Part shown: positions 26,591 to 40,114 of the stretch, one piece after another
Layout: each line of letters starts with the position of its first letter
How positions within the stretch are numbered: the first letter of the stretch is position 1
NCBI RefSeq assembly: GCF_963921235.1
Contig: NC_086108.1
Coordinates: 100,566,001-100,630,000, forward strand
From: Mobula hypostoma
Lineage: Eukaryota
Length of the DNA stretch: 64,000 nucleotides
Direction of reading: 5' to 3'
Program-made: the position numbers and the translations under genes
Notes under the pieces: model-generated
Database searches by the model: none
Seen by the model: the letters and a program-made list of their open reading frames with translations, nothing else
What the model was told of the DNA's origin: nothing

Positions 26591-28164
26591 TAATCAAGCT
26601 GAGTCAGTATGGCAAAATGAAGGCTACATTTTGCTAAACAAATCTGTAGACTCTGGACTCAGTGCAGGAGCAGTAAATGGGGTTAAATCACAGTTATGAA
26701 ATAGGAGCACCTTATCTCAGTGATATACCAAGGGAGCATTACCTTCATTTTGGTTAGAAGTTAAACCAAAATCATACCAGTAACCAGGAGAATCTAAGCT
26801 CCTCCACAACCATGGATAAAGAGAAGTGCTCAAGTTGTAATTATAGTGCTAACCAAAAGTAGATTATTCTGTTATTACATCAATAGTGTCATGTGTTCAG
26901 CAGCATGCAGAATGGTCCCCATATTACACTGTCTACATGTAAAATATTTTGGTATCAGTGAAGTGCTGTGCCACATTCCTTTGTAAAGAATGACACCAAA
27001 TTTTACTATTACTGCTTCTTTTTCAGCCATAAGCTTTATCCAGTACCAATGATCATAAACAACCTATTTGACTTAAGTGGGAATCTTGGCCCATTTCAGT
27101 GAAAGCCTACAGACACCTTTTGATGGACTCCTTGGGTATCATATCATCGTTTTCTACGTACCAAAATAAAGCTTTTTAAAAGTTACTGCTAGAAAACAGC
27201 TACATGATTCCAGTTTCTTGTCCTAGTTAAGCAAAGTGTTCAGCCACAATTCTATTTTCACATGAAACACAGAAATGTATAGACTAGCATTGAATATTGG
27301 TTTCACCATCTAGAAGAGCAAAGCTCTTGAACAAAGTGAATGTTCTCCTTCAATGCAATAATTGAAGGTGGTGGAAAAAACAGGGGCAACTTGATTTTTC
27401 AACTCAGCAAATTTTCTAATTGAAGTACGTATTACTTTGTACCCATTCTCGTGAAATGGCACAAGCAACTTTCATCCAGAGACTTTCTGGAGAGAGGATT
27501 ACTAATTTTCCAAACTCTAAATGGGTGCCTTAATGCAAGGAGCAGCATTTTCATCTCTGGCCTGGCAGATACGAGTTAATTCTAAATAAGCAGAGATCAA
27601 GTCTGGAACTTTCTGATCTATGTGACTGAACTGTTAGAAGTACTAAAGTCACAGTGCTTTCAAGCAAACCCAAATTTAATTTCCTTAATTTGTAGTAATA
27701 TCCAAATGGAGTCATAAAACAAGTCATGTATTGCAAAGGAAATTAAAGAAAAACATGTCAAAGTATCAGATTAAGCAAAACATAAATATCTTCACCGTGA
27801 ATGGATTTCTTCTCTTCAGAATTCCTCTTTACGCAATCAGTTCAGTAGAGAAAGCATAGCAAGCAATGATAGTTATACAAGACACATGATGGAAAAATTA
27901 CTCTAGAAACAAATTAACTTGAAATTATAACCAGTAACATGATCAATGATACCTCTTAACTGACTGAAATGATTTTCCTTCCCTACAGCTCACTTAAACA
28001 AAACAGAAGTAGTTTCCAGGATGTCATTCCAGCAAAGGCAAAAGATAAGTTTATTTTATTGTATTGCATCATTCCCAAGGCCCACATCAGACCTGACTCT
28101 CAAGATCAGAACTGAATTTGCAGAGATGTGATCCACAAGATTGGAACAATATTCATTTTCAGTC

Positions 28165-28665
28165 AAGTGAAAACCATAGAAAGACTGCAGAGGAGATTTA
28201 CAAGGACGTTGCCTGGATTTGGGAGCATGCCTTATGAGAATAGGTTGAGTGACCTTGGCCTTTTCTTCTTGGAGAAACGGAGGATGAGAGGTGACCTGAT
28301 AGAGGTGTACAAGATGATGAGAGGCATTGATCTTGTGGATAGTCAGAGGCTTTTTCCCAGGGCTGAAATGGCTAGCACAAGAGGGCACAGTTTTAAGGTA
28401 CTTGGAAGTAGGTACAGAGGAGATGTCAAGGGTAAGTTGTTTTTTTTTAAACACAGAGAGTGGTGAGTGCGTGGAATGGGCTGCCAGCAATGGTGGTGGA
28501 GGCAGATACTATAGGGTGTTTTAAGAGACTCCTGGATAGGTACATGGAGTTTAGAAAAATAGAGGGCTATGGGTAAGCCTAGGTAATTTCTAAGGTAGGG
28601 ACATGTTTGGCACAGTTTTGTGGACCAAAGGCCCTGTATTGTGCTGTAGGTTTTCTATGTTTCTA
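28165..28665 (+). mobile_element. CR1 LINE 3' end
   Basis: IERLQRRFTRTLPG...LEKRRMRGDLIEVYKMMRG; tail ttctatgtttcta. Confidence 0.88.
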
Positions 28666-28814
28666 AGTAACTAAGTAAATTAAAACATTCTAACAATCAA
28701 GTTTGAAAACATCAAGCCACAGTATTCCACTCTTGCCCATTATATTTAGCTTTTAAAAATATCGATCCTCTGTGCTACTGTAAATATTACATTCACTGGC
28801 CTAAATAATTTTAC

Positions 28815-28953
28815 CTTTTTATCTCCTTGTTTTCTTCTCTTTAGTCCTGGCCTGTAGTCATCACCAAAGCGTAGAAAATAGTAGTAGGACACTAATCTTT
28901 CAATTGGGTCTCGAATTACATTTACATATATGGGCTTCTTTTTCACTCCATAC
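28815..28953 (-). CDS. HS2ST1: HS2ST1 coding exon 4 (139 bp)
   Basis: [46 protein letters not shown], with the 3'-PB motif RDPIERLVS. Acceptor cttgcag, donor gtaaaa. Confidence 0.97.
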
Positions 28954-30697
28954 CTGCAAGTAATGTGTAGGAGAAATATTACACTGATAATTCAGTTTTT
29001 AATGTGAAGTAAATCTTCTGTACAATGATGAATAGAGAAACCTTCAATATTCCTGATAGGGTATATGGGTTTCATGGTCAACAATTTTATCCTTGTGTAG
29101 CTGTACATGATCACAAAATACCACAGGTATACTCTTTAGTTGCTGCCAAATTACCCGATATTGCCTGCAGAACACTACAACTGTTATAATAGTCACCTGA
29201 TCCCAAGTGATTATAATCCAGGTCAGATTTGCTCATTATACAGCCACAATGATAAAATGTCAAAACAGTTGGGTATCACAAATAAACAATGATTATTTAG
29301 TCAAAATATCAGTAGACTGAAAAATTATTTTAAACTAGAATTTTGCATCTTGAAAGTAGACCACAGGCAAGAAAATAAAAACAGGCATTTGCTCACTGAT
29401 CAGGCAAAATAATCTGAATCTCTCACGGACAATAAATCAGGGCCACTGCAGGCATTTGCTTTGAACGGCATCAATTTCTAGTGTATTAGCAATACTTTCT
29501 CAAAGTATTCTAAAATTAGTGCTGCATGCTCCATTATAATTCAAAATACCACTGTACTCCTTCATGGGATTCAAAAATTGTTGGGTCTGTACTTCTAATA
29601 AGCATTTCCTGCAGTCTATCAGAAAATAAATTTTAGCAGATTAAAGACGTAATGAACTGATGGAATAATCCAAAGTCAAGTTAAAAAAGCTGCAGAAACA
29701 AATTATATGTGGCTCCCTCTGATTATTTTACATAGAAATGGAAAATCTCAAATGCATGCAGCATATAGCATCACAAATATTTCAAGGAAACTATGTGTCT
29801 GATACTCATTTCTACTGTATTACCCATCAGTTTTTGTAATCAATCCATCAACTGCAAAAATTGAAAGATATTTCAACTATTTGATGACAATAAGCAATCT
29901 GTTCAATAATCTGTTAAAACACTATCATCTACCCCCACTTCTCTACTACTTAACAAATGACTGCCTGCTTCTCCACCTACAATTGAGAAACTGGTCTGTA
30001 TATATACAGCAGCCCTGTATAAACCTGTGAATAGATACTACACAGTAAATAGCAGAAGTACTTGGAATAGAAAAAACTAGGTTTCTTCCCTGTAGGAAAT
30101 ACAATTCTAAAAGAAAATTTGTGCTATTTTTAGATTTGGAATCCATTTTTGAATTTAAATTAAAACCGATAATTATTCCATTAAAATCAATGTCCAAGAT
30201 ATAGATTAAAAATATTAGATTTACAGAAATGCTGCGCAAGTTAAAGGTGAACTACAAAATCAGAACATTCAAAAAATATTCTGAATTATTAAAGGTAACT
30301 AAATCCAAAATGCAATGCTTTAGAAAGCCTAAGGAAAAAAACATTTGTAATAAGTTGGACAATAGTTTTAAAAACTATTGTGACAGATAATTTTAATAAA
30401 AACACAAGTTATAGGAACAGAATTGGACCACTTGGCCCATCGAGTCTTCTCCAGTATTCTATCATGGCTGATCAATTATCCCTCACAACCCTATTCACCT
30501 TCCTTCTTCTGTAACCTTTGATGTCCTGACTAATCAAGAATCTATCACCTTCCACTTTAAATATACCCAATGTCTTGGCGTCCACAGCTGTCTGTGGCAA
30601 TGAATTCCACATTAACGAGTCACTAATATGAAGAGTCACTAAAATTACTATTGTCATGTGCTTCAATTAACTTTTTATGATTTTTGGGGTTACATAC

Positions 30698-30742
30698 TTG
30701 GAAAATTCAAGAGACAGTTTATCCATTGTGATGACATCAGAC
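30698..30742 (-). CDS. HS2ST1: Candidate 45-nt in-frame cassette exon of HS2ST1 between exons 3 and 4
   Basis: tgtttacttag|GTCTGATGTCATCACAATGGATAAACTGTCTCTTGAATTTTCCAA|gtatgt. Phase 2-2, no stop, adds SDVITMDKLSLEFSK. Confidence 0.4.
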
Positions 30743-32399
30743 CTAAGTAAACATCAATTTACTTTTGAGCTATATCAACTTAAAGCTAATGAACCCCAAG
30801 AGGTGGGATAGATTTTCCAACCAACATGCATTTTCTTCAATCATGCTGTATAATCACACTTAGAAGACTCCTGTGCAATTCTAAAGACTGTTCTTAGGGC
30901 AAGCCCCTGTTAAATTATCAGATCTACTTCCGAATAGTTTTATTCATGGGAGATTATCTAAAATACATGCAAGTTTAGAAAAAACATTTAAATTAGAAAA
31001 CTATTTTCTATTTTGAGAAAGTGGCCATATGCATTAACTGGAAGCCTACCTTCTATCAAACTTATACCTACAGATCCCCAAATAATTTTTGCATTCACAG
31101 TGAAAGCAGCTACCCATGTTAAAAAAGATATAGTTAGTCTCAACACCAGCTATTTTATAGCTGTACAGGGAGAGTATTGATCAACATCCACTTGGATTGC
31201 TTACTAACCATTCCATCTGAAACAGAGCAAGACATTTTACAAGAAAACTGAATTTAAATTACTGTTGACCCAGAATATTTCATTAGTCAGGCGAATTGCA
31301 CAACAATTCATAGCGACTTTAAAAATTACTATCCTTTACTAGGAAATTGCTTTCATAGGTAAATAATGTCACTTAGAATCACCAACAAAATGCACATTTA
31401 TGTCCCATTTCTTGTTAGTCAAGAAGGCGGTCTGATATAATATAATGGAATGACAGCCAAGAACAACCACACTGGTTAGAGTCCAAAGTCACTCACCAGA
31501 ATGAGATAAAGAGATTTGCTTTCTCGAAAACCATCAATGACCCAGATAATCACAATATTAGGAAAACATAGCACACACTTCTCAATTGCTTTCTTATGTA
31601 CAGAAGTAAATTGACATGACAATATAAAATGATAAGAGTGGTTATGGAAGTAGACTATTTGGCCTGTTGTGCTCCTACTCACCGAGTTCCATGTTAGACA
31701 ATATCACATTATTCCCTCTCACCAGGCCATGCACATTCTTTCCTTTTAGATTCTTTTGAATGCTATAATTGAAGCTCCACTATACCTCAGTTTGCAGCAT
31801 CTGCAGATTTGGAAACTGTGTCCAGTAAACCCGAATCCGAACTATGAACAAATAGTACTGATCCAAAGAAACTCCAAATCATATTTCTCTCTGGTCTAAA
31901 TAAAATCTTTCACTATTGCTATTTCTTGTTTACTCTGCAAATTTGCTGGCCATGTTAATGCTATACTTTTTATTCCGAGGGCTTCACCGTTGATGACAAG
32001 CTTTGTATGGGATAGTAAATCAAACACCTGTGGCCATTAACTCATACCCTATCAGCTGCATTTCACTCAATGACCTATTATTTCATCCAAAAAACTCTTA
32101 CAAAATTAATTAAACACAACCACCAAGTCCATACTATCTGTCTCTAATCAATCCATACTTTGTCCAAACAACGGCCAATTCTGCTGTTGATTACTCTTTG
32201 TCTAATTACCACATTAAGGATGAACCAACTGGTCTGTAGTTACAGTATAATCTTATTTTTAACAAATTTTTTTTTACACTTTTTTTGCTCTTTCTGTGCC
32301 ATCCCTGAATCTTTAAGGTGTGTGGAAGACTGAGTCTCGGCAATTTCCCTTCTATTTCCTGCAGCAACCTAGGATGCACCCCACTTATACTAGATTATT

Positions 32400-33200
32400 T
32401 ATTCACTAATGTGTATACATGAACCTAGAAGTGAACGTAGGAGGTATAACTAATAAGTCTACAGACAAGAAAACTTGCGGCCTCAATGTTGTGGAATGCA
32501 ATCTTTGGCTCCAAAACAGTGAGGAGTTGGTAACATGGGCTGAGCCACTGAAGGTGGAACCTAATCCCGTAAAATTTGAGTTAATGCACTTTGGGAGGAT
32601 TAATAATAATTTCCACGCTGTAAAATTGAGGTTCAATTCCCACCGCTGTTTGCAAGGGATCAGTACGTTCTCTCTATGATCACGTGGGTTTTCTCCGGAT
32701 GCTCCAGTTTCCTCTCACATTCCAAAGACGTATGATTGAGGGTTAGTAAATTGTGGGCATGCCATGTTGATGCTAGAAGCATAGTGACACTTGTGGGATG
32801 CCTCCAGCACATCCTCAATGCAGTTCACTGTATACTTCAACATACATGTGACAGAGCTAATCTTAAATCTTAATAAAGGTGGACATAGACATTGAGCCAG
32901 AATACCACGAGAAACAATGGGACCTTAGTGTACATATCCAAAGATCCCTGAGGGTGGAAGCATAGGAGATTAAGAGGTTAAAATAGCATACAGGAAACAA
33001 GGTACAGATACATGAGAAACATTGTGTGACAACTTTAGTCAGGCCACAGTAAGTACTGTGTGCATTTCTGGCTCTTAAGAGTGTTGGAAAGATATGTGTA
33101 CAGTAGAGAGAGTGCAGAGAAGATTCACCAGATGATGGCTGGGATGAAACAGTTATGAGACAGCACTGGAGAGGTTGAGAATGTTTGCACAGTTAGAGGC
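32400..33200 (+). mobile_element. Old CR1 fragment with an inserted V-SINE (~32620-32870)
   Basis: ELMHFGRIN-like CR1 peptide and agtcaggccaca...gagaagattcacc; SINE words ggttcaattccc...ttctccggatgctccagtttcctc. Confidence 0.6.
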
Positions 33201-34029
33201 AAGCAACACAGAAACATAGACCATGCTGACCATCAAGCACTCTTTTTCACTGATCCAACACTACTTCCATTTCATTCTCCCCATATTCCCAACTCCCCCT
33301 CACACCCCCCGCCCCGGATACAAGAGATTCTGCCAATTCTGGAAATTCAGAGCAACACACACAAAATGCTGGAGGAACTCAGCAGGTCAAGCAGCATCTA
33401 TGGAAATGAATAAACAGTCAACGTTTAGGGCTGAGACCCTTCTTCAGGACTGGAAACAAAGGGGAAAGAATCACAAAAGTGCAGATGCTGGAATCTGAAG
33501 CAAAACATATTGCACAAACAACAAATTTAGCCAAGATGCCTTTGGTGCTTTCCTCCAAGTCCTCCATACATATGCCGCCGCAAAACAAATTCCATAAAAC
33601 ATGTGATCCAGTTATTATCAGGATTAATAAACACAATTCTTATAAACTGTAAAGCATTGAGGCCTTCTCAAAAATCCCTGTAACACGTTACTTAAAGTAC
33701 TTCACCAACCCAAACAAAAACTCATTTATGTCATTCGGTTTCATGCTTGCTAACCAATCTTCCATCCACATTGCTTTGTTTCCTATGCCATGAGCTTTTA
33801 TACTTTCAAATTATGCTTTGTGTGGCAAGTCCTATTGTAGTTACCAGTTCCTCTTTACCCATACCATTTGTTAACTTTTCCCCAAAGAGCTCCCAATAAA
33901 ATGGTCAAACATAACTTCCCTTTCACAGAACTATATTGCTCTGTTAAAACACCTAACGATAGCTTTCAGCAGTTCCTTCATGTCCAAAGTTCACAATTGT
34001 CAAGAGGGAAGAAAAATCAATTGAACATA

Positions 34030-36230
34030 AAAAATAGAAACAAGAGTCGGCCACCTGGCCTGTCAAGACTGCTCTGCCATTCACCAGCTGATCTCGCCGT
34101 GGACGCAGTTCCACCTTCATGCCTTTTCCCCATACCCCTTAATTCCCCTATCATATGAAAATCTATCTAACTGTCTTAAATATATAATGTGGGAGAAAAT
34201 ATAAATGAGGAGAAAATTCAAACATCAGAGGTACAAAAGGACTTAGGAGTCCTCATGCAAGACTCCCAGGAGATTAATTTACAGGTCGAGTTTGTGGTAA
34301 AGAAGGTAAATGCAGTGTTGGCATTCATTTCAAGGGGAATAAACTATAAAAGCAAGGATAAAATGCTAAGCCTTCGTAAGACACTAGTCAGGCCACACAT
34401 GGAGTATTGTCAACAGCTTTGGGCTCCATATCTCCGAAAGGATGTGTTGTCATTGGAGACAATCCAGAGGAAGTTCATGAGGGGTTAACATATGAGGAAT
34501 GCTTGGCAGCTTTGGACCTGTACTCACTGGAATTTAGAAGAACACGGGGTCTATCCTATTGAAACCTACCAAATGTTGAAAGGACTAGCTCAGGTGGATT
34601 TGGAGAGGATGTTTCCTAAGTTAGGGGTGTCCAGAACTAGAGGGCACAGCCTCAAAATTGAGGGACTTTAGACCCTTTAGAAGAGAATTAAGGATGAAAT
34701 CTTTTAGCCAGAGAGTAGTGAATCTGTGGAACGCTCTGCTACAGACAGCTGTGGACTGTGGGTATATTTAAAGTGAAAATTGATAGTTTCCTGATTGGTC
34801 AGGGCATCAAAGGTTATGGCGAGAAGGTGTATGGGGTTGAGTAGTATCTAGGATCAGCCATGATGGAATAATGGACCAGACTCAATGGGCTGAATGGCCT
34901 AATTCTGCTTCTATGTCTTATGGTCTAATGAGCTAGACTTTACTGCTTCTTGAACAGAGGTTTCTATAGATTCATTCTCTGGAAAAACCAGTTCCTCCTC
35001 ATCTCCATCTCAAATCTTCTCCCCTGAAGCTGTAGTCTCACTGGCTAGCTGACATAACTTTCCAGCCTCTATCTTATCTAACTCTTTTATAATTTTATAT
35101 TTTTCTATAAGAATCGCTCCCATTCTTCTGAATTCTAGCAAGTATAGTCCCAGGTGACTCAATCACTCCCCATAGACTAACGCCCCCTCATGTCCAGAAT
35201 GAACCTGGTGAACCTCCTCAGCATCGCCTCCAAAGTCAGTATACCTTTCCTAAAATAAGGAAGCTAGAACTGCATGCAGTACTCCAGGTGAGGCCTCACC
35301 AGCACCCCTTGTACAGTAGCAGCATAATAACCCTACTCTTAAATTCAATTCCTCTAGCACTGAAGGCCAACATTCCATTTGCCTTCTTGATAACCTGTTG
35401 CACCTGCAAACTAATCTTTGGCAATTCATGCACCAGCACTCAAAAGTACTTCTGCACAACAGCATGCTGTAATCTCCCACCATTTAAATATTAATTCAAT
35501 CTATTTCTTCTTCCAAAGTGGACGACTTTCACATTAACCAACATTGTATGCCATCTGCCAGACCTTTGCCACCTCACTTAACCTATCTATATCTTTTTGC
35601 AGACTGTACACACCTGCTGCACAATTTGCTTTCCCACTCAATTTAGTATCATTGGCAAACTTGGATACACTGCACTCTCTGTGTTCTCTTCAAATCGTTA
35701 ATGTATATTGTGAAAAGTTCCAGGCCTAGCAGTGGACCCTGCTGCATTCCACTCAGAACTGACCACCAACTAGAGAAATGCCCATTTATCCTAATGCTCC
35801 CTACCTTGCACAGGTTAATCAATCCTCTATGTTAATATATTAACCCCAACCCCACAGCATCCTAATCTTATGGATAAGTCTTATGAGGCACCTTTATCGA
35901 ATATCTCTGGAAATCTAAGTACACAGCATCCACCTGTTCCCCTCTATCTTATGAATTCCTTATGTCTGCAAAAAAGTCAGGTTTGTCACACAGAACTTGC
36001 CCTTCCTGAAGGAGTTCTGTGATTACCTGATTGGACTATTTCTATCCAGATGTCTCATTATTTCTTCCTTCGTGATAGCTCCAAGCATTTTCCTGACTAC
36101 AGACATTAAGCTAATTGGCCTATAACTACCTGCCTTTACCCATGTCCTTTGTTAAGCAGTGGCATGATACTCCTGTCTTCCAATCCACCAGGACCTGCCC
36201 AGAATCCAGAGTGTTTTGGTAAATTTGCCT
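34030..36230. mobile_element. Nested CR1 LINEs (minus-strand host, plus-strand insert ~34190-34925)
   Basis: Plus: EVQKDLGVLM...LVRPHMEYCQQLWAPYLRKD. Minus-strand CR1 RT sequence from 34940 to 36230, and a CR1 tail at 34030-34185. Confidence 0.8.
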
Positions 36231-36404
36231 TGAAGAGGTATCCTCCTTGATAAACAGAAGGTCTCACCTTGCAAATAAAGAAATGCAAATAGAATTTTAC
36301 ATTAACACTTTTTGGGAAATGGGACTTCAAAGGACTTGCTCCAGGCCATTGTCAAACTTCATCCCTTCATGAATGTTTACAATAATGACCCTCCTTCTCA
36401 AACA

Positions 36405-36702
36405 TCAAGCTCTATAAGACCTACCGATGCTCACCACTAAAATTGAGGCGAGAAGGCTGCAACTAGCGGAACACTGTCTATGCCACCCCGAGCTACGTGC
36501 CAGCCTGGTCATCATATGGGAGCCCAAGCACGGGAGGATGAACCCTGGGCGCCCTCTCAAGACTATGGTCAACACACTCCTAGAAGACAGCGGCGTGGCT
36601 GATGTAGATGAACTGAACACACTGATGAGGGAGAGGGAGAAGTGGAGAGTCCGTCATCGTGCCTGACGCCGGCCCCCTAGGCCTGAGTAGACGAAGTAGT
36701 AG
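36405..36702 (+). mobile_element. RTE/RTEX-like LINE 3' fragment
   Basis: RRLQLAEHCLCHPE...IWEPKHGRMNPGRP C-terminal motif, (agt)n tail, exact 10-bp TSD ttctcaaaca (36395-36404 and 36703-36712). Confidence 0.85.
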
Positions 36703-37069
36703 TTCTCAAACACTTAAGCATCTGCTCCTAGAATATCCGATACTAAAAATTACTTTGAGATTTCAGTGATTAATACCTGTAACAATAAAGTGCACATGAA
36801 GGACGTTCTTCTTGGAATGAGGCACACATTCCTTCAATATATTTTAACTAAGGATTAGTTTCTCTTAAACATTTCAGCATTCTGCAGCCTACAGCATACA
36901 GGTGCACCAGAAATTGCTGATAAAAGATGCTTTCCTTTAAATAATCAAGCGACTAATTTTCTTAATTAAACCTCTCATTATTAAATCATTGAATATTTGG
37001 CTGAGTCACAGCAACATAATTTTCTCAAGTTCTTGACCCCAATCAATCGACTATTTACTTTTCATAGAT

Positions 37070-37750
37070 CAGAATCAGGCTTAATATCAACAGTATATTT
37101 TGAGAAATTTGTTGACTTTGTGGCTGCAATACAATGCAATATGTAATGATAGAGAAAAAACTGAATTACAGGAAGTATAATATATATATTACACAATTAT
37201 ATAAATATTATATAGATCAACTACAAGATCCAACGGCCAAGAAAGCAGTGCTGCAAAGCTTCATGTAGAGCGAAGGGTGTGACAAGACACAGAAGGCATT
37301 ATGGCTCTCCACTGCAGCCAAGGAAGTACCCAGTCGTGATGATTTTTTGTACCAAGATTTTGGAGGGAGAGGGAGTGGAACTGCCCCAGTGCAACGGCCT
37401 TTTCACTATACAACTCGTCCCACTCAGGTTTTCATCAGCGTCGGAAAATGACAGACAACCAAAACATACACACGTTAAATAGTTAAATTAAATAAGTGGT
37501 GCCAAAAATAGAAGTACAAAAGTGGTGAGGTGGTGTCCATGGGTTCAACGTCCATTCAGAAATCAGATGGTAGAGGGGAAGAAGCTGTTCTTGAATCACT
37601 GAGTATGTGGCTTCAGGCTCCAGTACCTCCTTCCTGATGGTAGCAATGAGAGCAAGGCATGACCTGGGTGACGGGGGTCCTTCAATGATAGATGATGGAT
37701 GTCACCTTTTTGAGACCTCGCTCCTTGGATGTCCTGGATACTATGGATGC
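37070..37750 (-). mobile_element. Rex1/Babar-like LINE 3' fragment
   Basis: Minus-strand ...ctaccatcaggaaggaggtac...aagaacagcttcttcccctct... and gattctgat tail, as in 43190-44325. Confidence 0.7.
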
Positions 37751-39569
37751 TAGCTCCGAATCCATGACTGCCACCAGCAAGGATAAAATCTGTATGGTTT
37801 TATTGTGGATTTGTTGGGTCGGAAGGGTGCATTACTCTTTTTTGGTTTCATTTAGATATATGGCAAAAATCAAAATGCACAGCAAGCCTCTGTGGCCGGA
37901 TGTTGACACTGTGGTCCGGTCAATAATCTGACCCCACCATACTAAATATTATTGGTACAGTCCACAAATGGCAGCGTTTCAAGAGGCTGGGTAATAAACC
38001 CCCCTTCTCAGGAGCAGGGGAGTGTAACTACTGTTTGGTTCAATGAGGTCAAAGTCCCACCTGATGATTAAGTTCTGCTGTAAATGGCAAACATTCCAAG
38101 AGTTCTGCTTCATAACTTAAACTTCTCAAGTATGTCACAGAAATATTTCATAAAGTTCTTAAAAGGGATAAAGAAAAAAAGATCAGACGACATGCACAAA
38201 ATGCTGATGAACTCAGTTTTACTTTTTGCAAAATGATCAGACAGGTTTTTCTTGGAAGATTTTCAGTGAAATCTATTTTGTTGGTCAGTAAACAGGATCT
38301 CCATATAAACACTGATATTTGAGTATGCAGCAAGGGAACTGACTCAGACTTTTCATTACCATGTTCAATTTTATTGGAGCTCTTACACTTGAGCTGTTGG
38401 TGTCAATCAGCTCTCATGAACAGATCGGGAATGTCAAAATAGCTGGCTCTTCAAAAGCTACTTTGAACTGGTCACTTCAGCATGATGAAAATGGCTCTAA
38501 TCACCCAATGACTGTCAAAGCCTGCAGTTCTCAATTACCCTGTCATCAACTGAGCATAGCCTTTAAATAAAGTAATCCTCAGACCTTAGGGCCACAGTAA
38601 CTTCAAACTCACACACTTTCAGGGCTAAGTAAAGATCTGAACTAGACAAGCCCAGAGTGCTCCAAGGTTGGGTTATTTTTGACCAAATCATTGTGAACCC
38701 AACAAATGTAGATAATTCAGCATAATTACCTGTCCGTGGCCAATCCTGAAGCCTCTATTGCTCTTCCTACTGAAGCACTGGGCTGGATGCCGGTTTGATT
38801 TCAATATTTAAGAGATTTCCTGATGTGTTATAACAACTATATGCGTTATTACAACACACTATGTGGATTGTTCACAATGCAACCCATGTACAGCGAGGCT
38901 TAGGCTAGTACCGTTAATGACAATTGACCAGAATATGGTTGAGTTCCTTGGGCACTGTTGTAGCTGTGGAATATCCTAAAATATCAGCCTCAGCAAATGC
39001 ATGGCCAATCCATGCATAAATCAGTGTCCATTTTCTAAGTTATGGGGATCCAAGAATTTGAGATATTGATAACAGTGCAATTGTTAGAAATGACCACTGA
39101 CCAACAATCACGTTGTATATGCTAGTTACTGGCCAAGCCTTGACGTATTCTGGACTTTGCTGCATGCAGATACCGACTTTTTCATCTGTCAAACTGAACC
39201 ATGCAATCATCACTGGACAACCACATTTCAAAGAGGATATATCATTGAAGCAATTAAAGATTGCTGAACTGGAGATTCGGCTGTAACAAAATTCTTGATT
39301 AAAAGATTTTGTTCCTGTATTTCCCTGTAGACCTGATCCTCTCTGACTTCAAGGTGGTTCCAAGTTAATCTGACCATATCAAGGGCAGTGAATCTCATTT
39401 CACCTCATGAATCTGTCTTCATGGTCTGCTATTGATGGATTGTATATTCAGCTAGATGGTTGAAAACATCAACCTGGTAAATGTTACAGTACTGGGCTGG
39501 GAACCTGGCCTGGGTAATGGCATCATGAAATGGTTCGCTTCAGAGGCTGAAGTAATTACTGAAGTAATG

Positions 39570-39890
39570 ATAATAATGTGGCTAATTCACACAAACAATT
39601 GCAGCTTGAGATGTGAAACTGTAAAAATAGATTAATGAGCCAGGTGTCAGTACATGATGAACTTACTGTATGAGGCAGTTTAACATGATTTAGGTAGGAT
39701 CACTGAGTCTACAGCTCAAAACCAATTAAGGCAGAATAAATTTCCAGTTTAGAGAATAAGAAATAACAAAAATAGCTAAAACTCATAATTTACAAACATG
39801 CTAATCAGATTGGCATTATTCTGAAAAGTGTGTAATTGCGTATAGTCATTATCTCGCTAATGTTATGTAATTGATAGTTTTTTAACAATC
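39570..39890. repeat. MER121-like ancient conserved repeat (recognised from memory of the consensus)
   Basis: Word series tcagtacat..ggtaggatcactgagtc..gctaaaactcataatttacaaacatgctaatcag..cattattctgaaaagtgtgtaattg..agtcattatctcgctaatg..tgtaattgatagtttt. Confidence 0.55.
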
Positions 39891-39913
39891 TACGATCAAC
39901 AATGTGGTGCAAC

Positions 39914-39928
39914 ACTGCCCCCTGCTGG
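39914..39928 (-). promoter_or_regulatory. CTCF-type binding motif
   Basis: Minus strand CCAGCAGGGGGCAGT closely matches the core CTCF consensus; motif match only. Confidence 0.4.
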
Positions 39929-39988
39929 TATGGGAGCATAATACAAACAGTTGAAAGGTCTTCAGAAAGTCATCAGACATCACCTTGT

Positions 39989-40114
39989 AAACAACAGGAA
40001 TTCTGCAGATGCTGGAAGTTCAAGCAACACCCATCAAAGTTGCTGGTGAACGCAGCAGGCCAGGCAGCATCTCTAGGAAGAGGTACAGTCGACGTTTCAG
40101 GCCGAAACCCTTCG
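39989..40114 (-). mobile_element. Short Penelope tail insertion truncated inside the hammerhead
   Basis: Flanked by agacatca(cc/tt)ttgt (39975-39988 and 40115-40128); on minus it begins at cgaagggtttcggcctgaaacgtcgac. Confidence 0.8.

Noticed and set aside
37400..37455. Minus-strand CTGATGA...GAAA suggesting another hammerhead
   Set aside because: No helix II closing next to GAAA and no stem I/III; more likely a LINE UTR fragment.
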